Shown piece after piece: positions 42,101 to 49,239 of a stretch of 64,000 bases of DNA. Made by a program: the position numbers and the translations under genes. Within the stretch, counting starts at the first letter, position 1. Each line of letters begins with the position of its first letter. Source of the stretch: Caecitellus pseudoparvulus (taxonomy: Eukaryota > Protista > Bigyra: Bicosoecida); NCBI GenBank assembly GCA_965644315.1, contig CBFFRQ010000038.1, positions 293,178-357,177 of the forward strand. The letters are read 5' to 3'. A model generated the notes under the pieces. That model ran no database searches. It was not told where the DNA came from and saw only the letters and a program-made list of their open reading frames with translations.

Positions 42101-43381
42101 GTCGTGCCCTTCCTCGCGGTGCTGGTGCTGAGGGCGCGGGCGGCTGCCCTCCTGCACGAGGACCACCACACCAGTGCCACTCTCGCCGTGATGACGGCTG
42201 GGTACAGACTGCAGCTGTCTCCGCGCCAGGCGCGGCAAGTCACCAAGCGCACCCTGGCAGCCAGCGGCAGCGGCGCGTCAAATTCTGCCCAGCAAGCAGT
42301 TGCTGTCGCGCTGTCAGTGCGCATGAGTCGGCGCATGGAGCAGCGGTGCTGCGGCGTAGCCAAGTTCGTCCCCAGCCACGCCTTTGCGGTGCTGCGCCTG
42401 CTGCAAAATGCCATTGTGCTGAGTTGCCTGTGGCTGACCACGAACATGGTCGTGCGCAGTGTGGTGATGGGGCTGGCCGTGTCCACGCTGCTGCTGCTGA
42501 CATACTCCCTCCGCCCCTACTCCCTGCCCGCCCACAACACCCAAGACATGCAAGTCAGCGTTACAGTGCTGCTGCATGTCATCCTGCTGTCGGCATTCCC
42601 CGGGGACGCCACCGTCGCCATCCTGCTTCTGACAGTGCACTGTCTGACGGCAGGGTCGATCCTGTGGAGCATTCTGCGAGGGGCGTCATCCTACGTGCGG
42701 TCTTTCAGCGCCACTGTGCGCAAGCAGATACACACGTTGCTGCCAGAGGTGGCTGTTGCACAAGGTGCGGCACAGGATGCGGAGGGCGTGGCAGCTTCCG
42801 CGCTGCCTTCTGCCAGCCTTGTGTGCCAGGCGCTGCTGTCCCGAGCGGGGTGCACCTGGTGCAAGCCTCGCCCGGCGTCGACGCACCCGCTGCGCAGTGG
42901 CACACAGCAGTGGGCGGATCTGCCCCAAGTGGCCAGCTCTGTCCTGGCCACCGCGAACGCCAGCTCCAAGCAGGATGTGGCAGCAGCGCTGGAAGCAGAG
43001 TCGGACGGAATCTTTGGCTCCGCCCCTCGCCTGGCTTGCCCTTGCGGGTCGGGCAGGGTGACATCGTCTGGGGTGGAGGACGAGGCGCTGGCGCTGGCTG
43101 TGCGTCAGGCGGTTGGTAGTGGCGCTCTGGGCAGCAGCGGCTCACTGCGAAAACCCGCCGCTGGCAGTGTGCTGGCTACGCTCACCAACGCGAGGAGCTC
43201 ACGCCGACTGCTCCTGCCTGCCACGCGCTCCAAGAGCATAGCTAGCTCCAAGAGCATGGGGCGTGTAGCCTTTGACAGCATGGTGCTGTCAGCTGCAGGC
43301 GGGGGGGAGGGCAGTGGGCCCAGCACTGGCACGTTCCAGCCCCAGCGCACCCGAAGTCGGAGCAAGCGCCTGCTGCCGTGA
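30182..43381 (+). CDS. Giant (~4400 aa) intronless membrane protein: 48 FG-GAP blades + Ser/Pro/Thr stalk + Cys-rich module + ~9-TM domain + cytoplasmic tail
   Basis: Single 13.2-kb ORF. Hydrophobic leader LTLYTLTTVVVALAALECGA, repeated FG.S....D.N.DG..D..VGAP motifs, CAAGHVGAACAGCKAGH, then a run of hydrophobic helices. Start codon uncertain (30173 or 30182). Confidence 0.88.
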   Translation: MAFTQACHQRRRCFAFWPNSVRQKRVSRPAATSRPGTTRHGLTLYTLTTVVVALAALECGATTPYPDWMQSDGPYFSSFANAAHGHGSSLLVLPDMDGNGRVDMAFGSPLKGDDGSFSVVFAYTGSLPAYVQAQRSEFIAPGLAPGHTGRFGSALEYLGDVHQDGMYGLAVSAPLLSDGTVFMLKFDAVAKSILLVATLAGSDASGGLEVARFGSAICSLGDLNADGVVDLAFGAVATGGFKGGIITGTMNSTLDGFSSSSETFASEEPALDGVMLADGGWFGASCAAAGTHIPGSGSSSTWTTGSEGSLGIWLAVGQPAVSQGKVWMIALDETASRDFSKPIRVLELAGAPASGVGSSILCIGDVVGLDGIPELLVGRPDLGSYGAVLVAHVNQTRHLQAAPAFNAGGYQMGGYGDHASSGDGFGSAIAAVQDTSVDVKLSILVGAPSDNLNAGFHHVITKFSIASLDTCRPPIAEVFSLVNSTVAASDSTSFQASSVSDMQVGASIATAADFDKNGAEELLLGSQNEAGAGEVWLLFMGDATSVSSVVRLSHGTQGSSNFPAIPSVSEKGLAVEYVGHVPGAQSSHAMAVGFPERDAAGKTALGTVYLVSLNPAGGAIGFDEWMPGTGSFGHVPVSTENTFFGASLARLPDLNPGTGLGGGVPELAIGAPGHDTGSGMVVLAFIESATAGAHSTALLYQGSPHVLDGSYSLEGAFGSSIAYLGLPETPSVSAPTFILAVGAPEGSEGSGAVYILEVTVIGLLVGSSQVTGSLQGMPQDWAGPHSLGSAVAHAGDLNEDGIPDLWIGDREAGSIYLLAWDGYENVLSLEAFNHTYPLLNIGNLPWDGGFGSSLAVFPGLHPGHTLLLAGLPHADVGGSSDAGDVLFVNLEVSAYSNHSQLQTSDFLTATRIAAGTRGYNASAVSFGTFGSSMHGIGDINGDGVLDIAVGTPGDTSYSGSAVGSVALLCLGPDSDVVAMYTLHPANFSAPASSGLRFGRAVLAFADLNDDGSMDLAVGTAGSVSDHGGVYILFLGSMGSVLSFNDFGPGDFSINTNFYPDPDIGASFTPSCHHGQNGLPALVIGAPGYNYDDGAVIIANLTVSATVDSPALLHKQTPGLTSVDSNVRFGASLATLSDANDGRATFAVGAPHADSSYGKVYLVEVDKVFGVSLKSTISTASPGIPSSSGPAGLGVSLAAVRASQGAAIADLLVGAPMLGLDEYGSSDIGSLLRVKLDVSGSVQHVKQSTVLPVSDATMRFSSSIAVLPRLRGAGLGASVLVGAPGDEQDGQSAAGSIFVLDTDLALNPPPPLCGGINDDMVNQHGVLQPGMPRAPAPAEESFGSGIAWVGDLNEDGTPDLAVGASGGGSNGGAVYILLLQTRIPTVASFVELDAVQIGVSGGSSSGIGQGLAFLGDAGGEWESKLAIGVPTHDDIGFLQVVELTASGSVAWTKRVSPLAPTEPNAITEGDIFIAYYGTSLATAPDLNGDGHPELVAGMPGFHNAGGSGGIVLTFFGTGASTLHHVHVGQGLPATEGLMGAVPLLRGGLGESVAVLDADLTARTLLVAAGAPYVDSKGALYLFKFHASGVLLNVTMIGSSVLYTPPHVSAFVAAHLVSKFGHSLAPAGDVDGDGAQDIWVGCSGWSSAEGAAFLLHLGPGGELQNVSRISNQTQGLAAAVFGGDELGSALASTSTWTGGRNVLAMGASGASIQSPDDGRVFLVELNTGPPPASPSFPSGTVQSVSSRSSDNLAAHLHFGAAMAGIGDFYEDGNSNLEVAVGLPGSPHGGACTTGSVSLLIMDGGGSVLSFDNIHGSSLSAPPTSCAASGNTPALFGSSIAAIHNLRGDGSTVLAVGSPGMHFSSKAGAGALFLIPAFQRAQSTRITWDDVGSGLLAGQGAPHLGASVGALCDCSADEVPDVMVGAPGFQVQSSSPDGAVFFLALHSNGSVRHTQAVLHRGMPGLSQLPAGARFGASLALVERSVDANSALVAVGAPHSLAGAGMVFLIEMTLAGSVTQVAEVSRYHAQFSSAVLGSLSPGPSAAFGSALAAGDVNSDGIMDLLIGAENATSAVSSNKTGAMYVFRRGPAQQAAERVMWPFTASLGDGDRLGSAFAFFDNSTIAAGALLAVGLPGRDSLEYENEGVVLMAHTSLDGPGQIPATCEPGIPQVSSFPEVMHASIISNGSGIDPATFPDWSTGDRLGCSVASLGDLDRNGVPDIVMGLKGHSESASSAGAVWIMFMDNAGRVSSSVLLNSDTVGFPTLPANSNFGWSVALFRKPTMLNPLEILVGAPGQNGGKGAVYWLQLTNAGGIANFEQFGNLDALAHDLGSGAAFGRSVAALQDLNNDGLPDFAAGAPLDDGDDGSVRIVFTRGRGEMKFFTTISSTSDAFHVAPGPLLAPGSGTKFGSALAPLVDYSSGGHTALAVGVPALDVRGGVWILELDVDGSVRNQSLIRALHHLPSNLQTYISEWGASLAPSAKLDVTDSTPDLWVGSPGMVDPWTGVAAGGVFGITFNAPQGTTIPAEQWLNPSVQWINTTQFELSGHPPTQAGRLGSSMAALTPAFSGAPGRTGLLVGAAKLTPVGQGTWGGAYVLETTLPGRPISENPPTANGPAPLVHSSFETSYGVLGVGARFGSSMAMISENATVALVAVGAPETQLMGTGRAGAVLFYQYSEGALSTPRMKGLRDFMPSATLNSDQHFGAAVSSAGDVNRDGVVDLAVGMPGWAGNKGAVVIVPLAGDFSGKEVASAVTMLRDGLNGFSSPAGAGPAPRLGSSLANGATQPITRFTTLFIGAPGGGSGQGHVEAVLLAVDGHAAAQATVAIENESDSGFGLAIAYLGPATGVQGKSMLAIGAPEEDGRGLVHVFTIFDSWPLAPQLWTTVSQPVTQAGVPHSYGSRFGASLHLYGDTNEDGIPDMFVGAPGAGLNQEGALFALQLSNSTPPTNVLDWVVLSETRGGLHQNIKPSSFLGSAVLPLRYSPSPSGDMRLLVGVPGRGNSGSVLQVVSTLEATREMARKPEPLPAARFLMPFSTPGLVQVGDEFARSAIGLRRSDTHTHLVIGSPGAAAGAGRVWLSSAPTTSAGASGLFIHLDPENGTTPEFALFPVQRFGSALCGAGDLTGDGSDELVVGSPGEASGTSMGLLLVLDLAAPSERKGLAGIAATELSGGMAGTEFGFALASSCRSNSGAAALVFAGAPCGPKSSCTGSVFALFLNATGWRESHAELPGSTFGFSASARFGSSIAVLSASLEDGHTLAIGAPGADSGDGDIALVTYSPLSEESRLISRLRSAGQAGFMTPVPQGYGFGQVLASAGDVMGDGMADLVIGMPGELASGFTGPGGLLLAFLAPDGNVSHTTALGPTAGGLTVQQAAGGLGGALAGWPYKIPGEVVLVVGAPQQAGTGKAFHLRLRSHTAVNRSTCAVDCPGAGSGFCHPPALNSTGQNRSTPVQEPSPSPTASATPSSSTSPAQISATATSSASPSVSGSPSATVSGVTTSPTSSPPGSPGQAPSPSGAAPSTTPSPSPSALPPSTCESQWWAVCVSGRGPAQPGASASPSPAAASSTAVSRLAVLPGAWCDGCTSAAHLFLASTQSQFGGVHVCPRFGACESGGEGGSQLRCAAGHVGAACAGCKAGHAPPNGSPCAPCESCPETDAVFSAGLAVFVVAATIGFVVLSVRGVQLRGQLTQDLLIGSARMLLGYIALMGYVTMALSPFTENTLGLGSRAVTREQWYEACGRGQGRHLQQVSPLAGSLQASAGNASSSPWVSDAALYSPEPPASAGSKFAWVSDAFRFAASLTGALPPSSIPAASCALGHTAFATQVRAMFGLAGVVLVGIAVVFGVLELGFAKPGAPKPVRPSAAKPRSLTANPLLLSTAKSTKKSRAGEGPSKGSGAPGGSGSLATAQLVLWTLLRFLLSVYLLAWGAVVAASMQVLAPAWALPSGTYAFPTSLAVDISETGDLTVVAWLSLILHAVVVPFLAVLVLRARAAALLHEDHHTSATLAVMTAGYRLQLSPRQARQVTKRTLAASGSGASNSAQQAVAVALSVRMSRRMEQRCCGVAKFVPSHAFAVLRLLQNAIVLSCLWLTTNMVVRSVVMGLAVSTLLLLTYSLRPYSLPAHNTQDMQVSVTVLLHVILLSAFPGDATVAILLLTVHCLTAGSILWSILRGASSYVRSFSATVRKQIHTLLPEVAVAQGAAQDAEGVAASALPSASLVCQALLSRAGCTWCKPRPASTHPLRSGTQQWADLPQVASSVLATANASSKQDVAAALEAESDGIFGSAPRLACPCGSGRVTSSGVEDEALALAVRQAVGSGALGSSGSLRKPAAGSVLATLTNARSSRRLLLPATRSKSIASSKSMGRVAFDSMVLSAAGGGEGSGPSTGTFQPQRTRSRSKRLLP
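30430..40410 (+). repeat. Protein-level tandem array: 8 units of ~1250 bp, each with 6 FG-GAP blades
   Basis: Manual count of FG..GAP motifs. Units are separated by Pro-rich linkers near 31600, 32870, 34110, 35370, 36665, 37980 and 39230. DNA-level identity is eroded. Confidence 0.8.
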
Positions 43382-43486
43382 CGGCAGTGGGCGGCGGAAG
43401 GCTGTCTGCAGGGTGGACAAGCTGAGGGCCCTGTCATTGTGTGTGAAGTGTGTGAAATGCATGTGTTTGTCTGCAACGAGGCGGCG

Positions 43487-45840
43487 TCACCACGCCCGCA
43501 CTTGTTGTGACGCGTGGCCGGAGGATTCCACCGACGCTGAGCGGGAGCCACGCCCTGCCCGGGACTGCTGCCCCCCGACACCACCGCTGAACAGCGAGCC
43601 TACCCACCCAGACACACCTCCACCGGTGTGGCCGCTGGGCTCGCTCCTACCAGGCTCCCCCCCACTGGCCCGTGCAGAGCGGGGCATGTAGTCGCCGTCC
43701 TCGGACACATCGCCGCGGTCAGCGCCGTGATCGCCTGGGTGCAGGCGCGCGGCAGTGGGAGCTGGGGCGGGGGAAGCCAGGGCTGAGGCAGGTGCAGCGG
43801 CTGCCGCTGCTGCGGCGGCCCGCTGCGCCTCGAGGTAGTTCATGTGTGCGACCATGTCCAGGGTGGCGCGGTCGCCAGTAGTGACGTCACGCATGAAGCG
43901 AATGCCGACGGCGATGCAGCCTGCCCCCACGGCCATGACGAAGATGAGCTCGGCAGCCACCGCGATGGCAAGCCCGACGATGGGGGCTGGGCGGCGTGGA
44001 GGCACGACATCGGGAGGTGCTGGGTTCAACACTACTGCAGCGATGGCGGCGCCTGCGATGGCATCTGGGCCGTACATGGGCACCCGGAGCGGGGCGCCCG
44101 TGTCACCACTGTACACCTCAGACACGGGGTCCAGGGTGGACCCAGGTGCCAGCGTCCCGCGGCTGCCGTTGCACACGAGGCGGGCGGCAGACAGTTGCAG
44201 GGCGGCTGTGACGCCTTGCAGGGAGGCCTTGGAGGCTGCCGTGGACAGCAGCCACACCATGCGCAGCCACACGGGGCCTTGCGCTAGGTGCGTGCTGTTG
44301 AAGGTGAGGGGCTGACCGGCGTACCCTCGAGGTGCGTCGTCCAGCGGTGTGGAGTAGCGTGAGAGGGAGGGGGGGAAGGGCGGTGCCACGAACGCGCCAG
44401 ACAGCAGCACACTGGCCACCTGCTGCGGCCAGGTGTCGGTGCCCGGCACATCGTCGCCGCCGCCGGCCAGGGCACTGGCAGCCGCCGGCACGTTGGGGGC
44501 GATGCGTAGGCCAGCAGCACCCGAGGACTGCAGGAGGGCACGCTGCAGGGTCAGGGAGGCGGGCTGCAGGGCCCAGACGTCTACGCCTGTCAGGGCCACG
44601 GCGTCAAAGAAGAATGCGAGGGAGGTGAGGAAGCCGGTGGAGGAGCTGTGGCCGGGCGGGTGGGGCAGGGGCGTGTGGCCGGACTGGGCGAACTGGATGC
44701 CTCGCGTCACCTGCGTCTGCCACACCTCCAGCTCCCGCAGCACCTCGTCCTCCTCCAGCAGCTCTGCCGCCATGACCTCCACCGCCTGCAGTTCTTGCAG
44801 GAACAGGGCGTTGTCAGGCACTGTGGCGCCGGCAGCAGGGCAGGCTGCGAGGACAGCGGCGGCGTCGAAGGCGTGCCGCTGAGCACAGCGCAGCAGGCAG
44901 TACTCTTCCTGCCACATGGACGTGTCAAAGGCGGGGGAGGCGTGCACCCACTCAGCTGGTGCAGGCGCCTCCCTCGCACAGGCTGCGCTGGTGACGTTGG
45001 CCTGTGCGGCGGCCCAGGACCAGGTGGGGGCGGTGGGCATGAGGGACTCCCAGGGGTGCATGGTGAAGGCCAGGCGGCCCTCCAGGCCAGGCTTGGCGCT
45101 GCCAGCCCCACCCGCGGCCACCAGTGCCGTGCGCTGGTCGTAGATGTAACGAACCGAGGCGTGCGCGGTTGACCACGCTTCACGGAGGAAGGTTTGCACT
45201 GCAGACTGCAGCTCCAGAGAGGACAAGCCAGAGCTTGCTGCGATGCCGGCTGTGTCGTTCTTCACCATGGCGTACACGTACAGGGCCGCTTGGGCGAAGA
45301 GCGGCGGAGACATAATTGGCGTGGAGGTCAGAGCCTCACCACTGGCACCAGCAGGGAGCCACACGGAGCGTGGGGGCCAGATGGAAGCGCCATGCGCCGT
45401 TTCGGAGGGGTAAACTGCCCATGGAATCAGCCCCGACTCAGCTTGGTGCTGGGAGATCTTCCTGCAGAGTCAGCGGCGGAAAGTGCCGTGGAGCTTGCGG
45501 AGCGATTTCCGCAAGGACATACCCAAGCAACTGAGCTGCCAGCGTGAAGTTGCGCTGCGGAGTGGCACGAAAGGAATGCATGTACTGCCTGCCACATGGG
45601 GGTGCGCTCGCTCGCCTCGATTCCACTCACACTCGCAGCCATGGCAGTCCACGCGATTTGAGCAGTGTTGGACAGGCGCCCAGATTCCACTGCCGCCACG
45701 CCCTGCTGCACTGCCTGGTCCGTCACAGCCGCCCGGCACTGCTGCAGACGCGTCAACTCCTCCTGGGTGGCGGTTGCGTGGCTGTGCAACATGTGCAGCG
45801 AGACCAGCAGCACCAGCGCTGCAGCCTGGCAGCCTCGCAT
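43487..45840 (-). CDS. Type I membrane protein with a degenerate GH63/MGH1-like (alpha/alpha)6 glycoside-hydrolase domain; 2 introns near the 5' end
   Basis: Signal peptide MRGCQAAALVLLVSL. Spliced QAESGLIPW..WPP..VW..TST..SPP, HPWES, QGPVW and SEVYSGDTG resemble MGH1-like motifs. One TM helix (IVGLAIAVAAELIFVMAVGAGCIAV), then a cytoplasmic tail. Confidence 0.7.
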
Positions 45841-46285
45841 GTTGGTCTCGCCTTCGCCAAAGGCTGCTTGGAAGCTGCACTGCCCGGGAAAGCGCCTGTG
45901 ACCTGTGCCCCACCTCTGGTGTACACTGCTGAGAGAAAGAAAGCCGTCTCCACCTTGTTGCTTGCCTGCCTCGCCGGCGTGTGGCCTGCAGATGTGTGAG
46001 CTGCAGGACGAGCCTGGGACCCGTGCAATCTCGGTGCGAGGGCGTGGCTGGCCTGGTGGCTCCAGATGTAGCGGGGGGAACATCTGGAACCAGCAGTGGC
46101 ATGCGGGATTTGTGCCGTGCCGCCCATCTGCAAGGCACGCCGTCTCTGCTCCGCCCAAAACATTGGTGCGAGCGACACGGTACTCATTGCGTGAAATGTG
46201 CCAAAACGAAAACACCCACAGGTGTGCTAACCCATTTCAAGTCAACCCTGTACTGATTCAATTAAGCTTCTCCCGCCCCTATGCC

Positions 46286-47369
46286 ATGAGGCTCGCTGTG
46301 GCCGTCCTCGCAGCTCTGGGCGTCGCAGGGGGTGCAAGTGCAGTGCAGCAGAATGACAAGCCTTTCATCGGCATTCTCGGGGCACCCGCTGATGTATCTT
46401 GCGACACAGTGGTTTTGGATTCAAGCCTGCATGATCCTATTCGTGCAGCGGGCGGCTCATGCTTCGCAAATCTGTATGAGCTGTGGTTGAGAGCGGTGCG
46501 TGCTGGAGCTTTGTGAGCGCGAGGGGCGCGCTGGAGATGCACTGAGCCGTCCCCACCCACACACCCAGGCTGGCGCGCGCGTGGTGGGCATTCCTCACGA
46601 CGCATTCGATAATGCCAAGGCGGACCTGGACACCATGCTGGGCTCCCTAAACGGCGTGCTGTTCACGGGAGGTGGCCTGTCCCTGGCGCCCGACACAGCA
46701 TACTACCGCACAGGGCACTACATCTTCCAGCAGGTGCAAGCCATAAACGACGCGGGTGTGCACTTCCCCCTGCATGGCACCTGCATGGGCTTCGAGTTCC
46801 TGTCCATCCTCGGCGCAGGGGGCAACGCGTCAGTGCTGCAACCTGGCTTCGACTCGGAAGGGCTCACGGTGCCGCTGGAGTTCACTCGGGAGGCCAAGAC
46901 CAGCACGCTGTTCGGGTCGGCCCCCGCCAACATCCTGAACATCCTCGCAACGCAGAACGTGACGTCCAACCTGCACCACGACGGCGTGACCCCCGACACG
47001 TACGCCACCAACGCCAACCTCAGCGCCTTTTACAACGTGCTGAGCACCAACACCGGGCGGCAGGGGCGGCGCTTCGTGTCCACTGTGGAGGCGAAGCGGT
47101 ACCCCATCCGCGGCACCCAGTGGCACCCCGAGCGCCCCCAGTTCGAGTGGAACCCTGCCCTGAACCTGCCACATTCGGGCGACGCCATGCTGGCTATGCA
47201 GTACATGGCAGACTTCTTCGTGTCGCAGGCTCGCATGAACGACCAGAGTGTGTACGCGTCCCCTGCCGCCCTGGCGCTGGCGCAGAAGTACACGACGTAC
47301 ACCATGAAGGCAATGCCCATGTCCAGTGACGTGCTGGAAGGCTACTATGCCCTGCTCTTTGCCTCGTGA
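46286..47369 (+). CDS. GGH: Gamma-glutamyl hydrolase (peptidase C26), secreted/lysosomal; intron 46496-46568
   Basis: Signal peptide, PFIGIL, AGARVV, NGVLFTGGG, FPLHGTCMGFE (catalytic Cys), TQWHPER.FEW (His-Glu), PHS..A..MADFFV..AR.N. Confidence 0.92.
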
Positions 47370-47509
47370 GGCGGCTGTGCGGCGCTTTGAGCGGATGAAG
47401 GGGGTGCCCGCGAGGCGCCCTCGCAATGCACGCGTGTATGGCAATTCCAAGCCTTGCCACACCCATGCACCGTGCAATGTGTGCCTCGCAACGCTGTCAT
47501 TCACTTGCC

Positions 47510-49230
47510 ATGGCTGGTCGGGCGGTGCTGAGCAGCTTCACAGCGCCCCCCCCGCCGCCGCCAGGCGTGCAGGTGGAGGGCGCTGCGCGGGAGCTGCCGG
47601 GGGAGGAGGAGGGTGCACCAGAGGGGTACACTGCAGCGATCGATGCATGGGAAGTGGTGGAGGAAGAGGTGTTTGAGAACGAGCGGTGGAACATTCAAGG
47701 CGGGTGGGGACGGCGCTATCTGCTGGGTTGGGATCGGCCAGCGTGGAGCTCACGCCAGGGCCAGCCACGTAGCAAGGCATCGGCCAAGCTGCCTGAAGGG
47801 TGGGAGTGGAGCGACCCAGATTGGACGGTGGATACGGCAGGACTGGATGCAAACGGCTGGGCGTATGGCCTTTGCTGGGAGGGCGTAGGCCGGCGTCGCC
47901 AAGGGTGCGTGTCGATGTTTCCCTGAAACGCCGCTCTCAACACGCCACCCCTTGCCCCGCTCCTCGCCTGCGCACTGCCTCTCCAGCGCACAGACAGTGG
48001 ATTGAATTGATTGCCCGTCCCTTCCTGCACAGGCTCCCGCACCATGTGCACTTCACCCGGTGGAGGCGCTGGGTTCGGCGGCGACAACGCCCGGCCAAGT
48101 CCACGAAGCAGAGCTGTGCTGTGATTCCCCATGTCCCCTCCAAGGCGGGCCTGCAGCAACTGGCGCAAGGCTCGCCCCACCACACAGCGCTGGACGTCAT
48201 GTGGGGTGGCTTCATCCCCCACCACCTGCCCTCGGCTCGCACAGGGCAGACTGCCCAGGGCGGCTGGGGCCTGGCAGCAGCGTACCCGGCACCACCCCGC
48301 CCCTCAGACACGACGCCCCCTGCCAATGCGGGGGCCACCTTGCAGCACCTGCTGCACATGTCTGCCAACGCTGAGGACTGTGGCGAGCCAGACTACCTGT
48401 GCTGCACCGTGCTGGGCGAGGTGCTGACCACTCCGCTCGTCTGCCTCACGTCTGGACACACCTACGAAGGCAGCGTGCTGCACAGCATGATGGCGGAGGG
48501 GAGGGGCTGCCCCATGACCCGCAAGCCCATGACCCACGCCGACGTCGTGCCCAACTACACCCTGGCGCTGGCCCTGCGCATGTGGCGGCAGTACATGCAG
48601 CTGACCCTGCGCGGCGGCGGGGAGATGTGTCCACCTCCCTCATGCGATCCGCCCGTGCCCCCCGCCCCGTATGAGGAGGATTGGCTGCTGGTGGTGCCAG
48701 TGAGCCGACCCGGCATGGCTCAGCAGTTTGCTGCGCCATATGCCGCGGCAGCCCTCACCACCGTGTCAGCGGAAGCGACGGCACCGCCTGCTGACACGGG
48801 CGCCGAGGGGCAACTGCCGCAGGTCGCGCCGTCCGAAGGTGAGCCTGGAGAAGCGCCACGCAAGCGCAGCATGCAGGGCGTGGGCGACGGGCTGCGCCAA
48901 GCTGTGGCTGCGAGCACGCCCCCCTTCCTGGTGTGTCCTCTGAGCTGCACACCCAGCCCCGACGCCATGCGCGACCCGGTCATCACCCTAGCTGGCTGGA
49001 CGTACGAGCGGGAACACTTGCTGGCGCACTTTGAAGCGCTGTCAGCGGCATGCGAGGAGGGCGTGCCCCTTGCCAGCTTCACAGACCCCATCACGGGCAT
49101 GGCCCTCCCACGTGCCGCCCCCTTCTGCGTGAATGTCGCTCTGCGGGATGCCTGCAACCACTGGCGCAGCCGCAAGCAGTGGGTGCAGCACATGCTGCAG
49201 TCCGTGTCTGCCATGGTGCCCGAGCAGTGA
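47510..49230 (+). CDS. DysF (dysferlin/Pex30-type) domain + two U-box domains; intron 47905-48032
   Basis: EEVFENERW...W...LPEGWEW...WTVD...GWAYG...TRWRRWVRRR (DysF). PDYLCC...GHTYE...CPMTRKPM...VPNYTL and PPFLVCPLS...MRDPV...GWTYER...DPITG...NVALR (U-boxes). Confidence 0.82.
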
Positions 49231-49239
49231 GAGGGTGCA

